A stretch of 64,000 nucleotides of DNA from Myxococcota bacterium (GTDB taxonomy: Bacteria; Myxococcota_A; Polyangia; Polyangiales; Houyiibacteriaceae): the NCBI GenBank assembly GCA_028284955.1, contig JANQQS010000005.1, positions 70,007 through 134,006 on the forward strand, read 5' to 3'. A program made the translations under genes and the position numbers. Positions 38,225 to 48,590 of this stretch are shown here, one piece after another. The notes below the pieces were generated by a model that searched no databases, was not told the DNA's origin, and saw nothing but the letters and a program-made list of their open reading frames with translations. Position 1 is the stretch's first letter, and each line of letters begins with the position of its first letter.

Positions 38225-39955
38225 CTAGCGCTCTGACCGATCGAGTCGAACCACGATCCGCGCCCGACCAACTTTCGAAATGTTGACGGTCTTTTTGATG
38301 GCCGGCTCTTTTCCGTATGGCAAGAGCGTGAGCACGTGGCGGCCATTGGTCAGCTGAAACGTGATCGGCGAGCGGCCGATATGGGTGCTACCTAGGAAAA
38401 TTTCCGCCCACCCGGGGGGCGTGACCACGCTGACCGGAACTGAAACCCGTCCAGCTTGGGACGATTTGGTCTGAGATTCTGTCGTAGCTTTGGTCGTACG
38501 AATCTTTCTGACACGACCCCTCTTCGCGCGTTTTCGTCGAACGGTTCGCTTCACGTCGACAGATTGCTCTGCGGCGAGGGGAGTCTTTAGAGTATCGCCG
38601 CGAGCCTTTGAGGACTGATGGCGTGTTCGATCGCCGGCCGTTCGCGCTGCGACATCGGTCGGCGCCCGATGCCCGTTTTCCTCCTCGGGCTGTCTAACTG
38701 CCGGCTCGTCTGCAGGCGTGTCGAAACGTGGCTCTTGCCTGAGTAAAAGGCTCAGCGCGCCGCCCAAAACCAAACCTCCAGCTCCCCATATCCACCAGCT
38801 TCTTGTCCGCTGATTCGTTACTTTTTTCAGCGCTTGCGTGGCGTCTCCTTCAGACCACGCCTCATCGCGAGGAAAGTGAAGAATACTTGGCGTGGGCTGG
38901 TGGCTCGGACGCACACGACGGAGAGCGCGCTCTAGCGTTTTGCGACGACTCGCGAGCCGTCGAGCAAACGCCTCCTGCATCCACTCCGCGAGCTCTGAGA
39001 GGTTCAGTCCGCCTTGGGCAGAAATATAACGATCAAGGTCTCTCGCGAAATCGCGGGCGGAACCGTAGCGCCGTCCGCGATAGGGTGACAGCGCGCGCAT
39101 GACGATGGCGTCAAGCTCAGGAGGGAGCTCGGGCCGAACTTCTGACGGAGGCTTGATAGGATGGCGCAACAAAAGATTGGTTACCTGCGCGCGCGTCCCC
39201 TGCGGGATCAAACGCCGAAGGGTGAGCATTTCGTAGAGGCATACGCCGAGCGACCAAATATCGGCTCGGCGATCAATCGGATGCCGTTGCAACAGCTCGG
39301 GGGCCATGTAGCCAATGTTCTCGCGAAATGATTCTGCGGTTGCAAATCGCTCATCTCCGGTCACGCGGGCGATGCCAAAATCCATGACCCGGACGCCGCC
39401 GTCATAGCTGACCATCAAGTTCCGAGGGGCGACGCTGCAATGGACGAGTTCAGTGGTCGTTCCTTCCAACCCACGCAGCTCATGCCCGGCATGGAGACCC
39501 TCACAAGCTTCGGCCAAGAAACGACTCACGATGAGCGCATGTGTTTGCGCACGGGCTTTGGTTCGTTGCTTGGCGAGCTTTCCTGCGATGGTCGTCAGCG
39601 TTTCGCCGAACACGTAGTCCATTACAAGATAATAGGTCCCGTTGTCGTGGCCGAAATCGTACACCGGACACACGTTGGGATGGGTCAAGCGTGCTGCGAA
39701 GCGCGCCTCGTCATGAAGCATCTGCACGAACGCTTCGTCGGCCGCCAGATGCGGGTGGAGCGCCTTGACAGCACAGAGTTTGTGGAACCCGCTTGAGCTC
39801 TCGGCACTCGCCAAATACACCACCGCCGACGGCCCCGAAGCGATTTCACTACACACGGTATAGCGGCCGAAGCGATGCGGAACGCCAGTCGAACCACGGC
39901 GCGACTTGGCTCGAAACGATGTCGTAGCTACATCGTCTGGGTCAACCCTCTTCAC
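38225..39955 (-). CDS. Ser/Thr kinase-like protein (probable pseudokinase) with TM and PEGA domain
   Basis: Kinase fold with HCSVAPRN in place of HRDxxPxN and ASGPSA G-loop; DFG and APE retained; TPPGWAEIF..IGRSP PEGA. Confidence 0.85.
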   Translation of the reverse strand: MKRVDPDDVATTSFRAKSRRGSTGVPHRFGRYTVCSEIASGPSAVVYLASAESSSGFHKLCAVKALHPHLAADEAFVQMLHDEARFAARLTHPNVCPVYDFGHDNGTYYLVMDYVFGETLTTIAGKLAKQRTKARAQTHALIVSRFLAEACEGLHAGHELRGLEGTTTELVHCSVAPRNLMVSYDGGVRVMDFGIARVTGDERFATAESFRENIGYMAPELLQRHPIDRRADIWSLGVCLYEMLTLRRLIPQGTRAQVTNLLLRHPIKPPSEVRPELPPELDAIVMRALSPYRGRRYGSARDFARDLDRYISAQGGLNLSELAEWMQEAFARRLASRRKTLERALRRVRPSHQPTPSILHFPRDEAWSEGDATQALKKVTNQRTRSWWIWGAGGLVLGGALSLLLRQEPRFDTPADEPAVRQPEEENGHRAPTDVAARTAGDRTRHQSSKARGDTLKTPLAAEQSVDVKRTVRRKRAKRGRVRKIRTTKATTESQTKSSQAGRVSVPVSVVTPPGWAEIFLGSTHIGRSPITFQLTNGRHVLTLLPYGKEPAIKKTVNISKVGRARIVVRLDRSER

Positions 39956-40067
39956 AGCCTGCCGCCTTCAGCATCCACCGCCCTCAGCCCTGTGTGAGCG
40001 TGTCACATCGTGGGCCGCTTATAGTCTAGCGGACGTTGGAGGGCGAAGCTGGTCACGAGACGGGAAC

Positions 40068-42044
40068 CTAGCGGACGCTATAGCCAAGCTGCGCGCCTTC
40101 GAGGTACCCCGGGCTACCATTTGAAAGCTCCGCGCCGCTTCTGAGCGCGCCTTCTCGTACCCCGAAGAATACGTAGGCCTTGCCCTCTTCGACGATGGTT
40201 TGGCTGTTGTAGCTCCATCTGCCGACCACGATGTCGCGAAACCCATCGCCGTTGACGTCTCCAACCGCCGACACCGAAGCCGAACTCAGTCGAAGCGGCG
40301 AACGCGCGCCTACCTCGGGCGACTCGAGCGCGTTCGAATCTTCCGGGGCAAGGCCTTCCACCGACCCGAAGAGCACGGCGATGGCGGCGTCGGTCTTGCT
40401 GCGAAGCGCAAACGAAGACGCGCGCGCAACCAAATCGCCGAACCCATCGCCATTGACGTCGCCGCCCGATAGGGCAAGCGAACTGCTCGGTCGCAGAAAC
40501 TCGGAAAGGTCTTGCGCCGGCGACATCGACGCGCCCGAGCGCCCGCCATGAAAGACAAACGCTCCTGCAATGACATCGCCAAACCCATCGCCATTCACAT
40601 CGCCAAGGCCCGAAACCTTTCCTGCATCCTCCGGCGCAATCACGCTGGGGAGCGACAACTCCACATCAGGAGTGTTCGACAAAACATCTGGCGCCCCGTA
40701 GATCAGATACGCCGGAGGCGAAGAATCTGTCGATCTCTTGTGCCCGACGACGATGTCTGCGTACCCGTCGCCATTGACGTCGCCTGCGGACGATAGCGTT
40801 CCGCCAAACGTCGCCTCCACCTCTTCGAACGGACCTTGCGTCGAAAAGGATGGCTGTTCGCTCAGTCCGCTCGCGGCACCGAGATACACAAACACTTTTC
40901 CTTGTGCCTCAACGCGCTGGTGATGGCGCGGCTGACCCACCACGACATCGGAAAACCCATCCCCGTTGACGTCGCCGGCTGAGGCCACCGCGTAACCAAA
41001 CTCTCCAAACGCCTGACGGTCGGGATTTTCGAACACCAACGACGGCGTCTCGGCAAGACCGCGTTCGCTTCCGAAATATACATAAGCGTAGCCTTGTTCT
41101 TCGACTCCGCGTGATTCGAGCGGGGAGCCCACGATAAGATCGGCAAAGCCATCGCCGTTCACGTCGCCAGCTTCTGAAACCGAGGTTCCGAAGCGCGCCC
41201 CCCCCTCGTCGGCGGGGCTATCGAGAATCAAATCCTGAGTTCGAGAAAGCGCGCCGTTTCCCGTGCCGTAGTGAATATGCACTTGCCCTTCGTCGGCCTC
41301 GCTTGCCGAGGTTCCGCCGCCCGGCGACCCCAGCGCGATATCGCTGAACCCGTCACCATTGTAGTCGCTGGGCAATCGACCCACGTCTACATACCGAACC
41401 CGACTCCAGGTCGAACACGCCCGCTCGTCTCGGCACGCCCGCACACGCCAGAAATATCGCCGCCCGACCGGAGGTGTATCAGCGACCAGGAGCGCCTCTT
41501 CGGGAACGAACCCGATCACATCGTCGGGAGCGCCTCGATCTCGAATTGCATCTGACGATTCGGTCACGCCCACGTCAAGCTCAGGACTCTCAAATGCGCA
41601 TTCCCCGAAATCGCCAGCACACGAATCATCAAGCTGAAGCTGATAAAACTCCGCTTCGCCGACCGGCTCCCACAAAAACTTAGGGCGAAGCGGGTGATGA
41701 ACCGGAGCTTCCCCATGCTCGCGAGCATCCCGCGCATGCATCGCGCCCGTGGAAAACCCATTCCACGGAAATCGAACCGCGGGGGAAGAAAGCGAACCCG
41801 CTGTTGCACCATCCAAATCGACGCATCGCCCATCAACATCGACCAAACCTTCGTCGCATACGCACACCTCACCATCAAACGCGCTGCCATCAGGACAGCG
41901 CGCAGTCGCGCACGCGCCCAACGTCAGGAGGGGAACGATCGAACGCATGAACACCGCCCCAGCGCGTGAAACACGCTGTACCGTGCGCACTGTTCTTCCC
42001 GAGCGCACTGTTCTTCCCGAGCGCACTGTTCCCCCCGCTGGCAA
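40068..42044 (-). CDS. FG-GAP (integrin-like) repeat lipoprotein, paralog A
   Basis: LGAC; FN3-like LRPKFLWEP..RYFWRVRAC; repeated AGDVNGDGFxD; start probably near MRSIVP. Confidence 0.9.
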   Translation of the reverse strand: MPAGGTVRSGRTVRSGRTVRTVQRVSRAGAVFMRSIVPLLTLGACATARCPDGSAFDGEVCVCDEGLVDVDGRCVDLDGATAGSLSSPAVRFPWNGFSTGAMHARDAREHGEAPVHHPLRPKFLWEPVGEAEFYQLQLDDSCAGDFGECAFESPELDVGVTESSDAIRDRGAPDDVIGFVPEEALLVADTPPVGRRYFWRVRACRDERACSTWSRVRYVDVGRLPSDYNGDGFSDIALGSPGGGTSASEADEGQVHIHYGTGNGALSRTQDLILDSPADEGGARFGTSVSEAGDVNGDGFADLIVGSPLESRGVEEQGYAYVYFGSERGLAETPSLVFENPDRQAFGEFGYAVASAGDVNGDGFSDVVVGQPRHHQRVEAQGKVFVYLGAASGLSEQPSFSTQGPFEEVEATFGGTLSSAGDVNGDGYADIVVGHKRSTDSSPPAYLIYGAPDVLSNTPDVELSLPSVIAPEDAGKVSGLGDVNGDGFGDVIAGAFVFHGGRSGASMSPAQDLSEFLRPSSSLALSGGDVNGDGFGDLVARASSFALRSKTDAAIAVLFGSVEGLAPEDSNALESPEVGARSPLRLSSASVSAVGDVNGDGFRDIVVGRWSYNSQTIVEEGKAYVFFGVREGALRSGAELSNGSPGYLEGAQLGYSVR

Positions 42045-42312
42045 CGACTCCCCTCCGCGATCGATGCAGCCCGCACTACGTTGCTGCGGTCGGCAGTGTG
42101 TTTACTTTGGTCGATAAGGGCTGATCCGCGCAACCCGACCGCGTTTGTATGGAATCGGCCATGAAGTGGGGCCTCACGACCCTTGCATGCGCTGCGCCAC
42201 AACAAATGCACCACAGGCACCGCTATTTCGAATTGAATCGCGACCAGTCGTCAACCATCGCCGGTGACCACCCTTTGGCAAGAATGGCGACAAATCACCT
42301 TTCGAGGTACTA

Positions 42313-44364
42313 GTGGTTGGTTGGTACGCCTGTTGTCCGGTTGCTTCGCCTCGCTTGTGGAGGTCTGACGTGAACGATGTATCGAAGGTTTTTCCAGAAG
42401 CCGCGCGGAGCCACAGCATTGCTTGTCGATCGTGGCGGCGGTTGGTCAATGACGGGAGCGCACTGCTCGCGCTAAACATGATTCTTGCAGGCTGCGGTGG
42501 GGCCCGTTGTCCAGATGGACGCATGTTTTTGGATGGTAGATGCTCATGCGGCGAAGGACTGGTCGACGTAGACGACCAATGCCTCTCGGCCGATGGAGGT
42601 ATGAATTCAGACGCGCAACCAATCGAACCGCCCGCTTCTGATGTGGTCGTGCGATTTCCTTGGAACGGGTACGCGACCGGCAGCATCCACGCGGCCGGTG
42701 AACGCACGGGTGATTCCGCGCCGATGACCAATCCTCTGCGCCCTAAGTTTCTCTGGGAGCAGGTGGATGATGCGGTGTTCTACCAGTTTCAGGCAGATGA
42801 TTCATGCGATACCGCAGCGTTCGCGGAATGCGCATTTGAAAGCCCGGAGCTCGATACACAAGTTGCTGAGTCTTCCGAAGACGCTCCCTCAGGAGACATC
42901 CCGGAGTCGACCCTTGGTTTCATTCCGGATGAAGAGCTGCCTGTGGAGGAGAGAACCGAGGCACCGGTGGGCACGCGCTACTACTGGCGCGTGCGCGCGT
43001 GCACCGAAGAAGATGTGTGTTCGGCGTGGAGCCGTGTGCGCTATCTGAATGTGGGTCGATTGCCGAATGACTACGACGGCGACGGGTTCAGCGATGTGGT
43101 GGCTGGAGCGCCGGATGGACAGAGCACCACGAGAGCCGCGGAAAACGGTGAGGGCATCGTGCAAGTTCACTACGGGCTCAGCTCCGGCATGCTCTCTTCG
43201 ACGCAGGACCTGCTGCTCGACAACCCCGTGGATCAGATGGACGGTGCGTTCGGAAGATCCGTGTCAGAAGCAGGTGACGTGAACGGCGACGGCTTTGCTG
43301 ATCTCATTGTGGGGGCGCCCAGCCAATCCAACGGTGCAAACGGAGAAGGTGTTGCATACGTATTTCTGGGCTCGGAATCTGGTCTTTCTGAAGAGCCTGA
43401 TCTGATTTTGGACAACCCAGAAAACCAAGCAGGTGGCGGTTTTGGCAGCGCGGTCGCGACCGCCGGCGATATCAACGGGGACGGCTTTGCTGATGTCTTG
43501 GTCGGAGCGCCTTTTCAGGACGACGCTTTTTCGGCACAAGGGAAGGTATTCCTCTATTCAGGCTCAGCGAATGGGCTGATCACCGAACCGGCCCGTTCGC
43601 TGGTGAGCCCCACGGCGGCAGAGCGCGCGGAGTTCGGAGGGAGCCTGTCAAGTGCCGGCGATGTCGACGGGGACGGCTATCCGGATGTCGTGATAGGCCA
43701 CTCCCGAGACGCCTCGGATGAGATTGATCCTCCCGTCTTCGTTTTTCATGGGAGCCCGAACGGTTTGTTGGATGAACCAAGCACCACGATGATGCTTCCT
43801 GAGCAAACACCTACTTCTCAGAACTTCGGAACGGTATCCCGCGCAGGAGACGTGAACGGCGATGGATACGGAGACATCACCGTCGGGCTTTTCGTCTATC
43901 ACGGAGGCCCAACCGGTATTGGAACTGTCCCCGCTGCAGACGCATCCGCAGAACTGCGAGAACGCTACGTCCAATTTGCGTCTACCAGCGGAGACTTCAA
44001 CGGCGATGGGTTTCACGACGTACTGATGATCATCGGCCGCTTTCCTTCGTTTCGCGTTACCGCCTTCTTCGGTTCCACTGCTGGAATTGATCTGTCATCT
44101 TTTCAGGATATTCCCCCGCCCACCGATTCGCAGTATGTATCTGCCGGCTCCGGCATTGGAGATATCAACGGCGATGGGTTCAATGACATTGTGTTGGGAG
44201 ACCCTATTTACGGACCTCCTCCGGGCAGCTCCGCGATTAACGTAGGTCGCGCTCACGTATTTCTAGGCTCTTCGACCAGCATCAACACCGTCGCGAGCAG
44301 CACACTCGAAAATCGAGGTGTTCGAATCCTAGATCGCGCGCTTCTCGGATTTAGCGTCCGCTAA
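42313..44364 (+). CDS. FG-GAP repeat lipoprotein, paralog B (divergent from A)
   Basis: LAGC; same domain order and shared motifs VRFPWNG, VGRLPxDYxGDGFSD; start uncertain. Confidence 0.9.
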   Translation: MVGWYACCPVASPRLWRSDVNDVSKVFPEAARSHSIACRSWRRLVNDGSALLALNMILAGCGGARCPDGRMFLDGRCSCGEGLVDVDDQCLSADGGMNSDAQPIEPPASDVVVRFPWNGYATGSIHAAGERTGDSAPMTNPLRPKFLWEQVDDAVFYQFQADDSCDTAAFAECAFESPELDTQVAESSEDAPSGDIPESTLGFIPDEELPVEERTEAPVGTRYYWRVRACTEEDVCSAWSRVRYLNVGRLPNDYDGDGFSDVVAGAPDGQSTTRAAENGEGIVQVHYGLSSGMLSSTQDLLLDNPVDQMDGAFGRSVSEAGDVNGDGFADLIVGAPSQSNGANGEGVAYVFLGSESGLSEEPDLILDNPENQAGGGFGSAVATAGDINGDGFADVLVGAPFQDDAFSAQGKVFLYSGSANGLITEPARSLVSPTAAERAEFGGSLSSAGDVDGDGYPDVVIGHSRDASDEIDPPVFVFHGSPNGLLDEPSTTMMLPEQTPTSQNFGTVSRAGDVNGDGYGDITVGLFVYHGGPTGIGTVPAADASAELRERYVQFASTSGDFNGDGFHDVLMIIGRFPSFRVTAFFGSTAGIDLSSFQDIPPPTDSQYVSAGSGIGDINGDGFNDIVLGDPIYGPPPGSSAINVGRAHVFLGSSTSINTVASSTLENRGVRILDRALLGFSVR

Positions 44365-44462
44365 GATCGGCCTCTTCATGAGTTTTTGTCAGCGTAACCC
44401 CAGAAAAGTTGCGCATCCCACGCATTCGGCAGCGCGCAAACTCCAATGCGATGACTCGGAGC

Positions 44463-44597
44463 TTAGTCGCCGGCGGCAATCACAGCGCGTACTGAATCGG
44501 CGGTGACCGCTTCGCGGATCCATCGTTCAAGTACTTCGGAATCTCCGCACGACCCAATGCGCGCGCGATCTGCATCGGACAGCGCCAGCCCGCGAGC
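44463..44597 (-). pseudogene. Orphan C-terminal fragment of Rpn-like gene
   Basis: ARGLALSDADRARIGSCGDSEVLERWIREAVTADS matches the tail of 46303-46440. Confidence 0.75.
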
Positions 44598-45214
44598 TAC
44601 GGTCGCTGTCTCCAATAGCGCTCCGCTTCTTCGTAGGAAATCACTGAGTAGTCTTCTGGACGACGTTCTGGGGCACGCGAAAAATGTTTGTTGAGCCATT
44701 CATTGAGATATTCGATTTCCTTCGGAGCCCAGTTCTTAGTGAACACGCTCTTTCGTTTCCCGCCTGCGATCACTGTGGTGATAGCCCTCCAGCCATCCTC
44801 CAACAGCACATTGACGTACTCTTCGGAAAGCTCGGGAAAACGTATCGCGACCAGCAGAGCTTTGAGCTCTTCGAGCTCTCGTGGCGCTAGCCGAAACGAA
44901 CCCCTACGCCACTCCACTAAGATCCCCGTTGGAGTGATGGTCCTATCTGGAATCACGTGAATCACGTTCCCCTCGGCATCCACAGACGTCACCCAATAGC
45001 CACCCGCCTCCCAGTCATCGCTCGATTTGTAGAAAACAAAATCACGGGCGCTTCGAATGGGAAAATCCTCGGTTCGATATCTTTCCGAACCGAAGCGCTC
45101 GGACCTTCCGCGAACTGCGTTGCTCACCCAGCGCGGGTAATTTCCGAGCACAGCTCCCGAAACTGCCAGCGCAACCGCAAATGCGATGGCCCATGCTCGA
45201 CGCGGGTAGGTCAC
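44597..45214 (-). CDS. N-terminally anchored protein, putative immunity partner 1
   Basis: GTG overlaps protease TGA; TM helix; paralog of 48587-49255. Confidence 0.75.
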   Translation of the reverse strand: MTYPRRAWAIAFAVALAVSGAVLGNYPRWVSNAVRGRSERFGSERYRTEDFPIRSARDFVFYKSSDDWEAGGYWVTSVDAEGNVIHVIPDRTITPTGILVEWRRGSFRLAPRELEELKALLVAIRFPELSEEYVNVLLEDGWRAITTVIAGGKRKSVFTKNWAPKEIEYLNEWLNKHFSRAPERRPEDYSVISYEEAERYWRQRP

Positions 45215-46119
45215 GTGCCACCCTTTGGCCAGGGAAAATGAACGCCCCCATCGGGTGGATTTCCCCACGGAAGACGCCGAAAATAACCGCGCCGCCCTTG
45301 AACCGTCGCCTCGAACTGCGGAGGTGGCCGAAAACGGGATCCGCGCCACTTTACCGAACGGACTGAAACTCGCCGGTCAGAAACTGCGCCAATCGGATCG
45401 TCGAGGAAGTGATGTTTTATGCGACGGATCCAGGGGTACGCATGCCATGCGTCAAAGCGCATGCCCCGCCCCATGACATCAGACTTTTGATAGCCGCGAC
45501 CATAACCGTCGTACTTGTCGGGATCGCGACGCGCAGCTTTCGCATTTACGTGGTCGAGCCCCAAGTAGTGCCCCATCTCATGCACCGCTGGGATTTGGCC
45601 TCGAGCCATGGGATCTTTGCGTGCATCTAAATCCAGATGGTCTAGGTAGCCGTCCTCGCTGTCAAAGATGCTCTGGAGACGGCCTCCGAACGTATCCATT
45701 CGCATTTCAGACCGGCTGAATGTCATGTCATCTCGCAGCCGAACCACCGTGCAATTCATGTGCGCGTGATCGGGTCGCGATACAAACCCGATCGTTAGCT
45801 GACATCGGATATTGGGATAGCGCGCTCCTCTCCAAACGATACTCGGAGGCTCAATCGGCACGAGCCAAAGCTTGTTGTTCCAGCCGAATTCGACAACCTC
45901 TTTGAAGCGCCGTTTCCACCGCTCCCACTCTTGAGGCGACCACCGTACCAAGACCACATCTCGCTCGTCTTGTTTCACGATTTCCTCGGCCTCGTCGAGC
46001 CGATAGGGGTTGAGGTAAGTCGCGACACGTATATCCAGAGTCGCATACCCATCCCCATCTCGTGGTGAAACGCTAAGCACCGAGTTAAACCAATGGCCAT
46101 TCACGCGACGCAGGATCAT
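45211..46119 (-). CDS. Zinc metallopeptidase (metzincin) without signal peptide, copy 1
   Basis: HEMGHYLGLDH + DVMG Met-turn; start chosen by alignment with copy 2. Confidence 0.85.
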   Translation of the reverse strand: MILRRVNGHWFNSVLSVSPRDGDGYATLDIRVATYLNPYRLDEAEEIVKQDERDVVLVRWSPQEWERWKRRFKEVVEFGWNNKLWLVPIEPPSIVWRGARYPNIRCQLTIGFVSRPDHAHMNCTVVRLRDDMTFSRSEMRMDTFGGRLQSIFDSEDGYLDHLDLDARKDPMARGQIPAVHEMGHYLGLDHVNAKAARRDPDKYDGYGRGYQKSDVMGRGMRFDAWHAYPWIRRIKHHFLDDPIGAVSDRRVSVRSVKWRGSRFRPPPQFEATVQGRRGYFRRLPWGNPPDGGVHFPWPKGGT

Positions 46120-46302
46120 CGAACGCAGCCGATCTTGGACGACGCAACATTTCGAACCAAACAATACGGCTCGTCTACAATACGCGCGAAATTCACGGCA
46201 GTCGCCAGAGGCACGACTGATTATCGGCTGCGCCAACCCGAAAGTTGCGTCCGAATCCAAGAAATCACCTGGAGCGATGCCTTGCTCAACGGTATCGCGA
46301 AT

Positions 46303-46599
46303 TCAGTCGTCCGCAGCAAAGACATCGCGCGTAGAATTCGCGGTAGCGGCTACGCGGATCCATCGATCGAGTACATCTGAGTCTCCGCATGACTCGATGC
46401 GTGCGCGATCTGCATCGGACAGCGACAGCCCGCGAGCTTCGAAAATATTCCGCAAAGCAGCTCGTTGAGCCTCCACCTGCCCTGCTGCAACGCCTCGAAC
46501 GTGCCCTTCTTGAACCCCGGCGGCATGCCCTTTCTCGAGCCCCCGGGCGTAGTGCCCCTTAGCCCATTCGCTTTGCAGTTCGTATCCTTCCGATTCCAT
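46303..46599 (-). CDS. Internal-start small C-terminal Rpn product (RpnS-like antitoxin candidate, 98 aa)
   Basis: GGAGG-5nt-ATG inside the gene; MESEGYELQSEWAKGHYARG-LEKG-HAAG-VQEG-HVRG 4-residue Gly repeats. Confidence 0.6.
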   Translation of the reverse strand: MESEGYELQSEWAKGHYARGLEKGHAAGVQEGHVRGVAAGQVEAQRAALRNIFEARGLSLSDADRARIESCGDSDVLDRWIRVAATANSTRDVFAADD

Positions 46600-46817
46600 G
46601 TACGCCTCCAAAGCTTCCTGGGCTGCCGCGTTGAGCTGCGAAAGCACCATGTCTGAGTATAGCCTACCTCGCTCTGCGTCGAGGAGCTCAAGTCCCCGTA
46701 GCGCGGTCAGCGCCAGCTGAGCAGAATCAACTGCGGAGCTATGACGGGCATGCGCAAGCACCGAGAGAACACCGAGCTCCGGTGCTTTTTGCGCAGCATC
46801 CGAGCCCACGACTCTAG

Positions 46818-46978
46818 GAGGCTGGTGTCAAACGCGGACCGAGGATCGCGCAGCGCCGGTAGGCCAGTCGTCGCGTCCGCGAACCGAGGAAATGCTGAAG
46901 CATTTTCGAGCGTGAGGGGATGGCGGCGAATGGCCTGCCGCCGCAAGCGAGCCGACGGGAGCGTTTGACACCAGCCTC
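46818..46978. mobile_element. 161-bp MITE, IS5-family-like ends
   Basis: Perfect 18-bp TIR GAGGCTGGTGTCAAACGC; flanks CTAG / CTGG (4-bp TSD with one mismatch). Confidence 0.88.
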
Positions 46979-47488
46979 CTGGGGACGGCCTCCGGGCCAA
47001 CCACCCACGGCTGCACGAAACTTCCACCTCCAAGCGAAATTCGCTCGCGGCACCAAGCGGCTACGTGCTCAAACGGCGTCACGACCAGCAACAGGGCATC
47101 GCACTGCAAACGAGCGCGTAGATTCGTGACGTAGACTGGCCAGGTGTAGCGCTTTTGCGGATCACGACGAAGCTGAACTTCGACCACCAGCCCCATCACT
47201 GGCCCTCGATCATCAGCCAGCTGCACAACCAAATCTGCCCGATACTCAGTCGGTAGCGCCTCAGTAAAGTCAGTCGACTGCTCATGAATCACAGAATACT
47301 CGGGCAGCTTCACCCCGAGCGACTCTCGCATCAGCTGCGGAGCAAGTTCAGGGCAGTTTCGAAAGAGCAGCGGTAGTGCTTCGTGGGAAAGCGACGGCAA
47401 AGCAACAGCCTCGCCTCCGTTATCGGTAGCTGTAATCGGAAGTTGCTCTCAAAACGTCGCGTAACTCCCGACCGCAACCACGGCCGCC

Positions 47489-47558
47489 GTCTCCAATAGC
47501 GCTCCGCTTCTTCGTAAGAGATCACTGCGTAGTCTTCTGGACGACGTTCTGGAGCGCG
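47489..47558 (-). pseudogene. Duplicated 3' tail of the immunity-like gene
   Basis: RAPERRPEDYAVISYEEAERYWR nearly identical to 44608-44680. Confidence 0.75.
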
Positions 47559-47690
47559 CTTTTCGTCTAAATTCCAAATCAGGCGCAACTGAGTGTTGCG
47601 ATGACCGATAAGAACGCATGACTCGGACAATCAGATGAACCTACCCGGGCGATCCAACATGGTACACTACCCCGTGTTCGGAGACGTTTG

Positions 47691-48590
47691 ATGTTCCGCC
47701 GTCGCGTAAACAGCCGATGGTTTAACTCACTGCTTCGCACTTCGCCGCGAGACGGGGATGGATACGCAACCCTCGACATTCGAATCGCGACCTACCTCAA
47801 TCCTTATCAGCCTGCTGATGCAGAAGAAACCGTGAATCAAGACAAACAAAAAGTCGTTCTGGTGCAGTGGTCTTCAGAGGAATGGGAGCGATGGAAATCA
47901 CGGTTCAAGATGGTTGTCGAATCAAACTGGAACAACAAGCTCTGGCTTGTGCCCATCGAATCTCGCAGTGTCGTTTGGAACGGGGCACGCTATCCCAACA
48001 TCCGATGTCAGCTGACGATCGAGTTGATGCCACAACCCGAGCATGCGCATATGAACTGCACGGTGGTTCGGCTACGAGACGACATGGAATTCAGCCGATC
48101 CAGCATGCGGCTCGGAGGTTACCGCGTAAACGTTGACAAGAAAGCGGACGGCTATTTAGACCACAAGGACCTCGATCCACGCGATGATTCTGCGGCACGA
48201 GGTCAAATCCCGGTCGTGCACGAAGTCGGGCACTACTTGGGGCTCGACCACGTGAACGCAGCAGCCGCACGACGCAACCCCGATCAATACGATGGCTATG
48301 GTAAGGGCTACCAAGGGTCTGACGTCATGGGCGGAGGCATGCGTTTCGACCGTTGGCACGCTTCTCCTTGGATCCACCGCATAAAGCTTCATCTCGTTGA
48401 TGACTCGAGTGGCTCTCTTTCGAGTGGGCGCGCGTCGAACGGAACCGTGAAGTGGCGCGGATCCCGATTTCGACCACCTCCACAGTTTGAGGCGACAGTA
48501 TTGGGCCAACGGGGATACTTTCGACGTTTTCCCTGGGGAGATCCCCCGGACGGCGGCGTTCCGTTTCCTTGGCCGAAAGGCGGCTCGTGA
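47691..48590 (+). CDS. Zinc metallopeptidase (metzincin), copy 2
   Basis: HEVGHYLGLDH + DVMG; end-to-end paralog of 45211-46119. Confidence 0.87.
   Translation: MFRRRVNSRWFNSLLRTSPRDGDGYATLDIRIATYLNPYQPADAEETVNQDKQKVVLVQWSSEEWERWKSRFKMVVESNWNNKLWLVPIESRSVVWNGARYPNIRCQLTIELMPQPEHAHMNCTVVRLRDDMEFSRSSMRLGGYRVNVDKKADGYLDHKDLDPRDDSAARGQIPVVHEVGHYLGLDHVNAAAARRNPDQYDGYGKGYQGSDVMGGGMRFDRWHASPWIHRIKLHLVDDSSGSLSSGRASNGTVKWRGSRFRPPPQFEATVLGQRGYFRRFPWGDPPDGGVPFPWPKGGS

Larger units (their letters stand above)
46303..47400 (-). pseudogene. Rpn/YhgA-like PD-(D/E)XK nuclease gene interrupted by a MITE
   Basis: EYRADLVV..VVEVQLRRD; removing the 165-bp insert restores in-frame GPEAVP-RVVGSDAAQKAPEL. Confidence 0.85.
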
